This document shows positions 42,140-51,540 of a stretch of 64,000 bases of DNA, piece by piece (position 1 is the stretch's first letter; every line of letters begins with the position of its first letter). The notes beneath the pieces are model-generated. The model was not told the DNA's origin. It searched no databases and saw only the letters and a list, made by a program, of their open reading frames with translations. Made by a program: the position numbers and the translations under genes. Origin of the DNA: Chitinophaga pinensis (GTDB lineage Bacteria; Bacteroidota; Bacteroidia; NS11-12g; UBA955); the NCBI GenBank assembly GCA_945877575.1, contig CAMDUE010000003.1, forward strand, positions 88,174-152,173. Direction: 5' to 3'.

Positions 42140-42919
42140 ATGAAAAATAAGTGGAATGTGATTCTTGCCGCCATCATTCTTGGGGGATGCTCATTGTTTT
42201 CAAATGGCATCAACGTATTTCCTGTCACTACAGATTTAGCCTTCGGAGCTCAAGTTGCCGCTGATATCGATAAAGAAAACAGCAAAAACTTGCTTGACAG
42301 TGCATCTAACAGCGTTATTTACCGTTACTTATATTCCATAAGAGACAGTATCCTTAGAAACAATGAAATTGAGCACGAAAACAAATTCCCTTGGCGAATC
42401 AGAATCATTAAAGACGATCAAACCCTGAACGCCTTTTGCACCCCAGGAGGATACATTTATTTCTACACCGGAATATTGAAATATTTACAATCAGAAGACG
42501 AATTAGCCGGTGTCATGGGGCACGAAATGGCACATGCCGCTAAACGCCACAGCACCGACGCTTTAACCCGTCAATACGGTGTCACCATCTTTACCCAGTT
42601 GTTAATTGACACACAATACCATGATCTGACCCAAATTGCTGCAGGCCTAGCGCTGTTGAAATACGGCCGAAAAGATGAATTGCAATCCGATGAATTTAGT
42701 GTTCGTTGGTTGTATAACACCAGTTATAATCCCACAGGTGCTGCAGGATTTTTTGAGAGAATGAACGCCTCAGGCGGACAAAGAGTGCCTGCATTTTTAA
42801 GTACTCACCCCGATCCAGGCAAAAGAGTAGAAAAAATTCATGCCTTGCATAAAAAATTGGGTGGAAAATCAGGGAATAAATACGAAGAGCGCTACAAACA
42901 GATGATTAAGTACATCTAA
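42140..42919 (+). CDS. M48-family zinc metallopeptidase lipoprotein
   Basis: The lipobox is LGGC. The zinc-binding motif is HEMAHAAKRH (HExxH). Confidence 0.75.
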   Translation: MKNKWNVILAAIILGGCSLFSNGINVFPVTTDLAFGAQVAADIDKENSKNLLDSASNSVIYRYLYSIRDSILRNNEIEHENKFPWRIRIIKDDQTLNAFCTPGGYIYFYTGILKYLQSEDELAGVMGHEMAHAAKRHSTDALTRQYGVTIFTQLLIDTQYHDLTQIAAGLALLKYGRKDELQSDEFSVRWLYNTSYNPTGAAGFFERMNASGGQRVPAFLSTHPDPGKRVEKIHALHKKLGGKSGNKYEERYKQMIKYI

Positions 42920-45225
42920 TATATAGCCAATCCCATCAAATACCGCAAAGCCGTTTTTACCACTCGTCCAGCAAATTCATAGTGCGATTCAGATCCTCCG
43001 GAAACGCAGTACAAGGAGAATCTCGTTAATATCAAGCTTTTTAAAGAATAGCGCGCCGTTTTTACATATTCCAACCAATCTTCATCTAAAAGAGCTGCAT
43101 GTTTCTTTGCGTGTCCCTCGAAATCATCATACGGCAAGTCTAGAAAGCTCAAAAACTCCATGATGTCGCGGTGAGGATAGTCGTTCATGCATAATTCCCA
43201 ATCGTAAATCACGGGCTCACCGTTGTTCAATATCATGATATTCCGTGGATTAAAATCATTGTGAATGACACAAATACGCGAACTAAGTGTAGAGAACTCA
43301 AGTTCCAATTGACTCAATTGTAACGATTCCAAACAACGAAAATCAACTTCGTCAAACTGAATATCTTTGCGAACGGAATCCAAAAATAATGCATTCAATC
43401 GTTGATAGAATTTCATTGCCTTCCAAGGCCGTTGCAGTGGAAACTCATTTGCAATTTCAGCTTTGAATTGAAGATTATGGAAATCATGAATCGCTTCAAT
43501 ACAAGCATCTATATCACCCAAACTCCATTTTTCAGGCTCATTCTCGCAGTTCAGAATCTTTGTTTCTGTTGGATGTATGAACCGTTGAAGAAGCAAATAA
43601 ATCTCTCGCTTTTCATCTTGTTTGATGCCAAATAATTTGGGAAAATACGGATATTCAACCTCGTTAAGCCATTGAGCCATTGAAACTTCTTTCAGATGGC
43701 ATTGATCAAATTCTAGTTTCTTTCTGTCTTCCAAAATGGCAGCAGCTAAGGCAGAATCAATTCCACTGGCTACCAAATGCAACCCTTTATAAACTTCTTC
43801 ACTTGTGGGTCTAGACTTCAATAGCACACGATCAACTTCGTTGATCTTCAACAAATAATAGCCTTGCAACTTCGAAGTGACCCGAGTGGTCAGCTGGGTA
43901 ATGATACCGTTATCAAAATACTCGTGACTTTGCCACTCAATTTTTTCTACTTTAGATTTGTAGGAATCATACAAGCAGGCCCTCAGAAAATCAACATCCA
44001 CTTCCGATTTCAACAACCAATCAACTGGTTTATTTCGTCCTAACTTTTGATGCGCTCGAGCAAATTCTCCACTAACAATGGCTCCAAAAGTAGAAATCTC
44101 TAACCCTAGAGCCGCACCCGCAATGATCCTAGAAAAACGCTGTAATTGACCACGGCCATGACAACCCATCATCTGAAGTGCTTCTTTTTGCTTGGGAAGA
44201 TGAGTACCACCGCCCACGGTTCCAACCACTAAATTGGGAAACGTAATTTCAAAACAAAGTCCTTTTTGCGTCTTTTCAATATTCAAAAACGCCGTTGATG
44301 ATTCATGCAAACACGCTGCATCTTGCCCAGTAGCCAAAAATATCGAAGCCAAGGCATTAGCTACATTGATATTGTAACCCACCATACCTTCTTTTTCAGC
44401 AGCCTCTTTCGAAGGATGATAGAATTTGAAAAATTGATTTGAATCTACCCTTAATACATCTTTCAACACTTCGTCTGAAACCTCTACCGACGCAGATACT
44501 TTGCAACCGCGGCCATGATCAATGTTGTACTGAGATATTTTCTTATCGGCGGCGCCATTTCCTTCAATGACATAATCTAAATGCACATGGGGATACAGTT
44601 CCCCAAACTCTGCCGCAATATGCAACAAAGCATGCCAAGTGCAAGTAGTTGTCATATTTTGACCCGCTGCATCACCCGTTTGGTAATAAAACTTGGTATT
44701 TAAATTAGATCCAAATACATCTGTTTTCATTTCGAGTAGCTTGGCGTGATTGCTGTAAGACTCAGCCACTGATTTAATTTCTTCAAAATGGGAGTTTAAA
44801 TATTCTTCAAGCAATTTCGCATTTTGATTTGAATCCAAAATAAACAGTGGCGCGCGCAACATTCGTTGATAATGAAAGTCAGAATCAAATCCTCCTGAAA
44901 GAGCGATTACGCGAGCTCCGCGATTCATGGAATACACCAATGCACCTTCAAGGGTTGCGGCGGGTAAAAAAACAACTTCAGCTGGAAATTCTGATAATTC
45001 TTTATATGCAATGGGACCAACCAATCCAACGGGAATTTCAACGCTACCAACAAAAGATTCGATGTTGTGATTGATTTCATCAAGGGGAAGCTGATGGCTG
45101 AAAAGTCGAGACGAGTCTAATTGCAAGCCCTTCAAAAAATCTTGCCTCAACAAAACCGCTTGGCTTGTGTTAAACCCTCTTCCTGGTACTTTTGGTGCTC
45201 TATCAAAAAAATGCCCCTCTGACAT
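42916..45225 (-). CDS. fusion protein: HMG-CoA-reductase-like domain (N-terminal ~400 aa) plus an APH/choline-kinase-type phosphotransferase domain (C-terminal ~350 aa)
   Basis: The N-terminal half has HMGR class I-like blocks (...GSVEIPVGLVGP..., DAAGQNM, GTVGGGT). The C-terminal half has the APH catalytic loop IHNDFNPRNIMI and the DWE metal-binding block IYDWELCMND. Confidence 0.65.
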   Translation of the reverse strand: MSEGHFFDRAPKVPGRGFNTSQAVLLRQDFLKGLQLDSSRLFSHQLPLDEINHNIESFVGSVEIPVGLVGPIAYKELSEFPAEVVFLPAATLEGALVYSMNRGARVIALSGGFDSDFHYQRMLRAPLFILDSNQNAKLLEEYLNSHFEEIKSVAESYSNHAKLLEMKTDVFGSNLNTKFYYQTGDAAGQNMTTTCTWHALLHIAAEFGELYPHVHLDYVIEGNGAADKKISQYNIDHGRGCKVSASVEVSDEVLKDVLRVDSNQFFKFYHPSKEAAEKEGMVGYNINVANALASIFLATGQDAACLHESSTAFLNIEKTQKGLCFEITFPNLVVGTVGGGTHLPKQKEALQMMGCHGRGQLQRFSRIIAGAALGLEISTFGAIVSGEFARAHQKLGRNKPVDWLLKSEVDVDFLRACLYDSYKSKVEKIEWQSHEYFDNGIITQLTTRVTSKLQGYYLLKINEVDRVLLKSRPTSEEVYKGLHLVASGIDSALAAAILEDRKKLEFDQCHLKEVSMAQWLNEVEYPYFPKLFGIKQDEKREIYLLLQRFIHPTETKILNCENEPEKWSLGDIDACIEAIHDFHNLQFKAEIANEFPLQRPWKAMKFYQRLNALFLDSVRKDIQFDEVDFRCLESLQLSQLELEFSTLSSRICVIHNDFNPRNIMILNNGEPVIYDWELCMNDYPHRDIMEFLSFLDLPYDDFEGHAKKHAALLDEDWLEYVKTARYSLKSLILTRFSLYCVSGGSESHYEFAGRVVKTALRYLMGLAIY

Positions 45226-45287
45226 ATCAAAGGGGCAAATATATCGTGTTAACAGACAATTGATTTACGATTTATCACAAATCGCAA

Positions 45288-45305
45288 ATTTGAAATTACG
45301 GATTT
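45288..45305. promoter_or_regulatory. half-site of the AATTACGGA dyad motif (as TCCGTAATTTCAAA on the minus strand), about 65 nt upstream of the HMGR-kinase gene start
   Basis: aaatccgtaatt(t)caaa occurs both here, on the minus strand, and at 46121..46136. Confidence 0.35.
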
Positions 45306-45317
45306 ACGCAACTACCC

Positions 45318-46060
45318 TTACCTCGGATGTCCAAGGGCACTTTCTATCAGGAAGCGTCTCATCAAATGGTTGTTGGTTGCGGTACCTGTCCAAGCTCCGA
45401 CACCAAAATAATTTCCACCAGCTGTAAATGAACCAATGTATGAAGTACCAATGAAGGTTCCATCAATTTTAATATCCAGGTTCCATCGCCACCATTTGTG
45501 ACGCTTCCTGCGTACAAATTAGCAGCAATATGCAAAGGCTTGCTCCAATCAATGGTTTGTTGCCAATAGATCTTGCCGTTTTGATTTGCTGAATTGGGTG
45601 TAAGTTGAACGTATCCCGTAGTATTTGAAGCGTTGCCAACAAAAGTAGCTGCTGGAGATAATGATGTGGGATTTCCGAGTGTCCAGTTCCATTCCATTAC
45701 ACCAGGGCTCGTGGTTTGATCTTCAAATCTAACCCATGCAGTTCCGTTCCAATAGTAATACCCAGGAGTAACGTTGTTAGGATAAGACCCTGCAGTGGCA
45801 GTATTGTATACCAACATGGATGTAGTTGGCGAGGTTAACGGTGAAGCAGAAGTCAAAGAAGTAAGTGCCACTCTCGACAACAAAACACCCTTTGTGCTCG
45901 ATGTAACATCCAACTGTGCTGAACTAGAAGGCGTTGTAGTACCAATTCCGACTTGTGCTTTCACAGTGCAAAATGGCGTTGTGATCAAGACAAATAAGGA
46001 GAAGAATCTAAGCGGAGACATAGTATTTAAGTTGATAAATTTACAAACAAAATAGTTCAC
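45318..46060 (-). pseudogene. disrupted paralog of the L-type lectin-like secreted protein family (an internal deletion of about 80 codons with a frameshift)
   Basis: The N-terminal ~190 aa (to NGGDGTW) align with the 55329 and 56260 paralogs. After a frame change the C-terminal homology continues in another frame (...DIKIDGTFIGTSYIGSFTAGGNYFGVGAWTGTATNNHLMRRFLIESALGHPR) and ends at the TAA at 45318..45320. Confidence 0.6.
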
Positions 46061-46111
46061 ATAAAACCGATTATTTACATCACTTTTTTTTCTATATTTA
46101 CACTACCCTGA

Positions 46112-46132
46112 AATTACGGAAAATCCGTAATT
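46112..46132. promoter_or_regulatory. perfect dyad AATTACGGA-AAA-TCCGTAATT, about 65 nt upstream of the UbiA operon start. A candidate operator.
   Basis: The 9 bp inverted-repeat arms were read directly. A related copy lies at 4703..4723 and a half-site at 45288..45305. Confidence 0.5.
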
Positions 46133-46198
46133 CAAAGTTGTGTATTTGCGTTTATCCTTTTTGTACAATAACCAAAACTGCATAGATTCGCCGCCCTA

Positions 46199-47146
46199 TT
46201 GAAAACCCAATTCAACCCAATGAACCAAAATCAACCCCTATACTCCCGTTTTTGGATATATCTTACCGAACGATTTCCACTTCACTCACACGGAATTTTA
46301 ATTGCCGCATTTAGTTTTAGCGCCATTGGTTACTCCCGATTGTGCCAACAACTGCCTCATTTTATTGACCTCAAGGCCTTCTTAGTTTGCATCTTCAATA
46401 CCGTTTCCTTGTTTTTTCTTCTTCGTGTATTCGATGAACACAAAGACGCTGAAGACGATGCAAAATTCAGATCGGAATTACCCGTTCCACGCGGACTTAT
46501 TTCGCTCAAAGAACTACGCAACATTGGCTTGACCATATTTGTTTTTCAACTGATCATCAGCGCTGTAACCTTTCCTAAAATGCTTCCGCTTTATGCGGTG
46601 GTTATTGCTTATTTATTGCTCATGGGAAAAGAATTTTTCATGGCTGATTGGCTTAAAAAACACCAATTCTGGTACGTCACCAGTCACATGATCATCATTC
46701 CACTCATTGACATTTATGCCTCTGGTTACGATTGGCATTTAAATCAACGTCCTGCGCCGTTCGGATTGATCTACTTTTTTGGTGTCTCCTTCTTTAATGG
46801 AATTGTGCTAGAGCTCGGCCGGAAAATCCGTGCCCCCCACGATGAAAAACCAGGAGTTCAGACGTATTCCAGCATGTTGGGATTGTATAAATCAGTCTAT
46901 CTATGGATAGCAGTCCTTTTTGCAACTCTAGTTCTCGCTTTGCTTGCCGCAGAATTTGCAAAACTTCCAACGGGCGTTTTTACCGCTCTTTGTGTTTACT
47001 TTGTTTTGACCTTGTTGGCCGCCGTTTGGCACCTAAAAAAGCAAAGTTCTGCTTCTGCTAAAATCATTGAAATTGCCAGCGGAGCTTGGACCATACTCAT
47101 GTATTTAACCCTTGGCGGTATTCTAACCATTACTCACATTTTATGA
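46199..47146 (+). CDS. UbiA-family prenyl/alkyl-transferase (integral membrane)
   Basis: The Asp-rich motif is RVFDEHKDAEDD (NDxxDxxxD-like). There are about 8 TM helices in 315 aa. Confidence 0.7.
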   Translation: MKTQFNPMNQNQPLYSRFWIYLTERFPLHSHGILIAAFSFSAIGYSRLCQQLPHFIDLKAFLVCIFNTVSLFFLLRVFDEHKDAEDDAKFRSELPVPRGLISLKELRNIGLTIFVFQLIISAVTFPKMLPLYAVVIAYLLLMGKEFFMADWLKKHQFWYVTSHMIIIPLIDIYASGYDWHLNQRPAPFGLIYFFGVSFFNGIVLELGRKIRAPHDEKPGVQTYSSMLGLYKSVYLWIAVLFATLVLALLAAEFAKLPTGVFTALCVYFVLTLLAAVWHLKKQSSASAKIIEIASGAWTILMYLTLGGILTITHIL

Positions 47147-49620
47147 GTAAATTCATCGATACAAATAGCCCGTTTGACATCCAGTTTAATCAAATGTATA
47201 CGGGTGGCAAAGGATTTCACCTATTGCAACTTGCTCGAAACGGATTTCAAGTTCCTGAATTCATCATTTATAACGCGACTGAAACATCCATCAAAACACC
47301 CTTGAATCCAGATGAAATTCAACTCATCAAAGAATCTCTGGGCTTCCCTCATAGGGTATCGATAAGATCTTCGGCTCTTGGTGAGGATGGATTTTCACAC
47401 AGTTTTGCTGGACAATTTCTCACTGAGCTCAATGTTTCTTGGGAAACCCTTAACGATAGCATTGAACGCGTTTGGAACTCCTTGAACCGCACCGAAATCG
47501 AAACGTATTGCAAAGAACACGGAATCAATGTCCCAAATAAAATGTCCATCATCATCCAAACCATGCTCCAACCTGACTTTTCAGGCGTTGCATTTGGTGT
47601 AAATCCGGTGAATGGACACCGCAACGAAATGATCATTACGGCAGCCCCGGGACTTGGAGAAGCACTTGTGAGTGGGGCCGTAAATGGCGATACTTTTGTT
47701 GTGAAGGATGACTCAGTTGAATGTATTTCAGGCGAAGCCGCATCCCCAGAAACACTAAGCACTGAACAGGTAGTTGCCGTGGGCGAACAACTCAAACGGC
47801 TCAAAAAACTATACGGAAAACCCCAAGACATTGAATTTTCTTGGGTCAAAAATGAGTTGTTTTTACTTCAAACAAGACCAGTAACTTCCTTAGATAAATT
47901 GGCTGATACCGGGGCAGAGATGATTCTCTGGGACAATTCAAACATCATTGAATCTTACCCCGGCGTAACCACCCCTTTGACGTTTAGTTTCATCATCAAA
48001 ATGTATGAATCCGTCTATCTGCAACTTTGCAGATTGTTGGGAGTAAGCGAAAAAGACTTACGTGAAAATGCCGCCGTATTTTCCAATATGCTCGGCCTAA
48101 TTGAAGGAAGGGTTTACTACAATTTATTGTCGTGGTATAAAGCGTTGGCGCTGCTTCCTGGATATCATTTGAACGCAGAGTTCATGGAAAAAATGATGGG
48201 GGTTAAAGAACGATTTGAGTTGAAAAATCGGCCTCAAAGAAGTAAGCTAATTGAGCGCTTAAGAGTTTTGGTCATGGTAAAATCCATGATATCCAATCTC
48301 AGGGCATTGCCTAAAATGCGAATCAACTTTCAAAGTGATTTCCAAAAAGAATTAGACCGGTTCAATGCCATAGCTTTGGATAAAAAGAACGTTGTTGAAC
48401 TGATGGAACTCATGATTGATTTCCAAAGCACGCTTCTTAAAAAATGGAAAGCACCCTTGGTGAACGATTTTTACGCCATGATTTACTTCGGCTTACTTCA
48501 AAAAACTGCCGAAAAATATGGTTTACCTCCAGGAATACACAACGATCTTTTATGCGGGGCTAGCGATATTATTTCTACCGAACCCATAAAGCGCATGAAG
48601 GAAATCAGTTCAGCCATTGTACAATTTCACACCCTTGAAAATGCATTTCTCATTGAGTCGCCAGAACAAATTCTGAGGTTGATCAATGAACCTAATTATG
48701 AACCGGTGCAAAAACTCTTCGATACCTATTTGAATCAATTTGGCGACCGAACTGTGGGAGAGTTAAAATTAGAAACCATCACCTATAAACAAGAACCTAC
48801 CGCTTTGATTCAATTGATCCAATCGTACATAAGACAAGGCTTTGGGCATTCTGAAAATGTGAATGAACGAGTGGATCTCAAAATGCGTAAAAACGCAGAA
48901 GAAAAAGTAGGTCACATTTTGAAAGGTAAGCCTTTCAAAAAATGGTTCTTCCACTATTTACTGAAGCGCACTCGCATATTGGTCAGTGCCAGAGAAAACC
49001 TCCGATTTGAACGAACCCGAGGATTTGGAAAAGTACGCGAAATATTTTTGGCTATAGGCAATCAATTCTTCAGTGAAGGCATTTTGGAGCATCCCAGAGA
49101 TATTTTTTACCTTACCCAAGAGGAAATCTTCGACTTCATCAAAGGCACATCGGTAACCCCAGAAATTTCAGAATTGGTATCCTTCCGAAAGGAAAAATTT
49201 GCAAAATACGAAACCACTACCACATCTGAACGCATCAGAACTTACGGAGCAGTTTACCACGGGAACTCATTCTCACAAGAAAAATCAACATCCCTTGACG
49301 GAGAAGATCTGAAAGGCATTGGTTGTTGCCCAGGAATCGTAAAAGCAAAGGTGCGTATAGTTTTAGACCCCAAAGAGGTGAGCGATTTAAACGGTGACAT
49401 ATTGGTAACCGCCTCAACTGACCCCGGCTGGGTAACACTATTCCCCACGGCTTCAGCCATCATTGTAGAACGAGGTTCACTGCTCTCGCACAGTGCCATC
49501 GTATCTCGCGAATTAGGCAAACCCTGCATTGTAGGTGTGACCCATCTGTTATCAAAAATCAAAACCGGCGACTGGGTAGAGATGGATGGTTCAACAGGAC
49601 AAATCAAAATAATCAAATAA
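47143..49620 (+). CDS. PEP-synthase-family dikinase with rifampin-phosphotransferase-like architecture (ATP-grasp N-domain, central domain, C-terminal swivelling phospho-His domain; no PEP/pyruvate TIM barrel)
   Basis: The N-terminal PPDK_N block is YTGGKGFHLLQL. The C-terminal mobile domain is ...GDILVTASTDPGWV...SLLSHSAIVSRELGKPCIVG (catalytic His), and the protein ends straight after it. I moved the start to MSKFIDTN (ATGA overlap with the UbiA stop). Confidence 0.7.
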   Translation: MSKFIDTNSPFDIQFNQMYTGGKGFHLLQLARNGFQVPEFIIYNATETSIKTPLNPDEIQLIKESLGFPHRVSIRSSALGEDGFSHSFAGQFLTELNVSWETLNDSIERVWNSLNRTEIETYCKEHGINVPNKMSIIIQTMLQPDFSGVAFGVNPVNGHRNEMIITAAPGLGEALVSGAVNGDTFVVKDDSVECISGEAASPETLSTEQVVAVGEQLKRLKKLYGKPQDIEFSWVKNELFLLQTRPVTSLDKLADTGAEMILWDNSNIIESYPGVTTPLTFSFIIKMYESVYLQLCRLLGVSEKDLRENAAVFSNMLGLIEGRVYYNLLSWYKALALLPGYHLNAEFMEKMMGVKERFELKNRPQRSKLIERLRVLVMVKSMISNLRALPKMRINFQSDFQKELDRFNAIALDKKNVVELMELMIDFQSTLLKKWKAPLVNDFYAMIYFGLLQKTAEKYGLPPGIHNDLLCGASDIISTEPIKRMKEISSAIVQFHTLENAFLIESPEQILRLINEPNYEPVQKLFDTYLNQFGDRTVGELKLETITYKQEPTALIQLIQSYIRQGFGHSENVNERVDLKMRKNAEEKVGHILKGKPFKKWFFHYLLKRTRILVSARENLRFERTRGFGKVREIFLAIGNQFFSEGILEHPRDIFYLTQEEIFDFIKGTSVTPEISELVSFRKEKFAKYETTTTSERIRTYGAVYHGNSFSQEKSTSLDGEDLKGIGCCPGIVKAKVRIVLDPKEVSDLNGDILVTASTDPGWVTLFPTASAIIVERGSLLSHSAIVSRELGKPCIVGVTHLLSKIKTGDWVEMDGSTGQIKIIK

Positions 49621-49625
49621 ATTGA

Positions 49626-51539
49626 ATGGCGGAGCAATCTGAACTCAATATATCTCAAAAAGCCTCGTTTGATTTCATCCGATATGCCACGGTTTGGGAA
49701 GACCCCGTGGTACTTCTTCAGGCGCTCAACATCGAAAAAAACGACCAGGTTTTGAGCATCGCTTCTGCCGGAGATAATTGCTTCAGCTTATTGATGGCAG
49801 ACCCAAAATTGATTGTTGCAGCCGACATCAATCCCGTTCAATTGCATCTCACGGAGCTAAAAATCAAAGCCATTCAGGAGCTTTCTTACCAGGAAGTTCT
49901 TGCTTTTTTGGGATATTCATCTGAGTCAAATCGAGCGGAATTATTCAATAAAATCGAGCCCCACCTTTCCAAAGAAGCTGCTCATTATTTTAGAAATTCC
50001 CTTCCCACTTGGGAAAAAACAGGCATCATACATCAAGGAAAATTCGAAAAATACTTCCAAATTTTCTCCAGAAAAGTACTGCCCCTGATTCACAGTTACA
50101 AAACCATTGAACAGTTGCTTACACCCAAATCGGAACATGAGCAACGCCAATTTTTCCTCCGACATTGGAACACCTGGCGTTGGCGATGGTTGTTCAAATT
50201 ATTCTTCAGTCGTACCGTCATGGGTTGGTTGGGCCGCGATCCAGAATTCCTAAAACAGGTAGAAATTCCAGTTTCAGAATTCATCTTAAGGCAAGCAGAA
50301 ATACACCTCAGCTCCAGTCGGGCCGCACAAAATCCGTTTTTAAGATACAACCTAACAGGCAGTTTTGGAACCCTTTTACCGCACTACCTTCAACCCGAAA
50401 ACTTCGAATTCATCAAAGACAGAATTCACCGAATTTCACTCTTTCACGGCTTCGCCGAGGATGCAATAGCTCAATACGGACATTTTCACGCCATGAACCT
50501 GAGCAACATCTTCGAGTACATGAATGTTCAAGAATTTGAGCAAACAGCTCAAAAATTAGTAAGTGGCCTATTCCCTGGCGGACGATTAGCCTATTGGAAT
50601 CTCATGGTAAAACGAAGGTGCTCAGAGGTAGTTGCTGACTGCACAGAACAGACCAATCTCATGTCCGAGCTTCGGCTCAAAGACGATGGCTACTTTTACA
50701 GCACCATTGTAACGGATGTTTGTCTTAAATCTTTTGACTTTGGAATTTATAGGCTCAATTCAGAAACACTTGCAGTAGGTTACCCATCGAAAGAGGGAAG
50801 CAATTTAAATTTAACCGAGCAACTCAAAGCCCTTACACTATGGGCCAAAAATGAGGGATTCAAACACCTAATAGGCCCAATGAATGGCAGCACTTGGGAA
50901 AATTATCGTTTAAAAACCTCTTCCCATCGCATTTTTTTGGGGGATCTCTCGTATCAGCCACAAGTTGTAGAAAGCTTTGAAAGTGCAGGATTTAAAACCA
51001 TTGAGAGATATGTGAGTGCCCTGATGCATGAAATTCCAGGTAGTATTTCCAGATTGGATGAGCGAAAGAGCCAACTAGAGAAACAAGGAATCAAATTCCG
51101 ACACTTAAACATGGAGTCTTGGGAACAAGAACTTCAAAAAATCCACGAGCTCAGCCTCGTGGCCTTCCAAAATAACCCTTTCTACACCCCCATTCTTTGG
51201 AAAGACTTCTTGTTGAAGTACAACGAAATCAAACAATTCATTGACCCGCAATGGGTCCTTTTAGCAGAATTGGAACAAAATTTGCAGGGGTTTGTCTTTG
51301 CTTACTTAGACCTTGAATATAAATGCATCATCATGAAAACTGTTGCTCGAAAACCTGACTTTAGACTTGGTGGATTGGGATTGGTGATGACCGATATTTT
51401 ACAACAAAAAGCCAAAAAAGAAGGCATTTTTCAAGTCGTTCACTCATTCATGCATCAAGACGCTGCATCTCTTAGATGCTCTGAATCTTTAGAAGCTGAA
51501 ATTATTTCTGAATACCATCTGTACGGAATAGAACTTTAA
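49626..51539 (+). CDS. fusion protein: DUF3419 (BtaA-like SAM 3-amino-3-carboxypropyl transferase) N-domain plus a GNAT-like acyltransferase C-domain
   Basis: The N-terminal ~400 aa carry a ...YATVWEDPVVLL... block typical of BtaA/DUF3419. The C-terminal ~230 aa carry a GNAT motif-A-like FRLGGLGLVM (R-x-x-G-x-G). Confidence 0.5.
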   Translation: MAEQSELNISQKASFDFIRYATVWEDPVVLLQALNIEKNDQVLSIASAGDNCFSLLMADPKLIVAADINPVQLHLTELKIKAIQELSYQEVLAFLGYSSESNRAELFNKIEPHLSKEAAHYFRNSLPTWEKTGIIHQGKFEKYFQIFSRKVLPLIHSYKTIEQLLTPKSEHEQRQFFLRHWNTWRWRWLFKLFFSRTVMGWLGRDPEFLKQVEIPVSEFILRQAEIHLSSSRAAQNPFLRYNLTGSFGTLLPHYLQPENFEFIKDRIHRISLFHGFAEDAIAQYGHFHAMNLSNIFEYMNVQEFEQTAQKLVSGLFPGGRLAYWNLMVKRRCSEVVADCTEQTNLMSELRLKDDGYFYSTIVTDVCLKSFDFGIYRLNSETLAVGYPSKEGSNLNLTEQLKALTLWAKNEGFKHLIGPMNGSTWENYRLKTSSHRIFLGDLSYQPQVVESFESAGFKTIERYVSALMHEIPGSISRLDERKSQLEKQGIKFRHLNMESWEQELQKIHELSLVAFQNNPFYTPILWKDFLLKYNEIKQFIDPQWVLLAELEQNLQGFVFAYLDLEYKCIIMKTVARKPDFRLGGLGLVMTDILQQKAKKEGIFQVVHSFMHQDAASLRCSESLEAEIISEYHLYGIEL

Positions 51540-51540
51540 A

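Noticed and set aside
42916-45225. Taking this as the genuine mevalonate-pathway HMG-CoA reductase
   Set aside because: It is fused to an APH-type kinase. No HMG-CoA synthase or GHMP kinases are nearby. The context (UbiA, dikinase, BtaA-like, ligase) points to a paralogous function.
45167-45427. 86 aa plus-strand ORF bridging the HMGR-kinase start and the lectin pseudogene
   Set aside because: It overlaps the 3' end of the lectin pseudogene in an alternative frame and has no features of a real protein.
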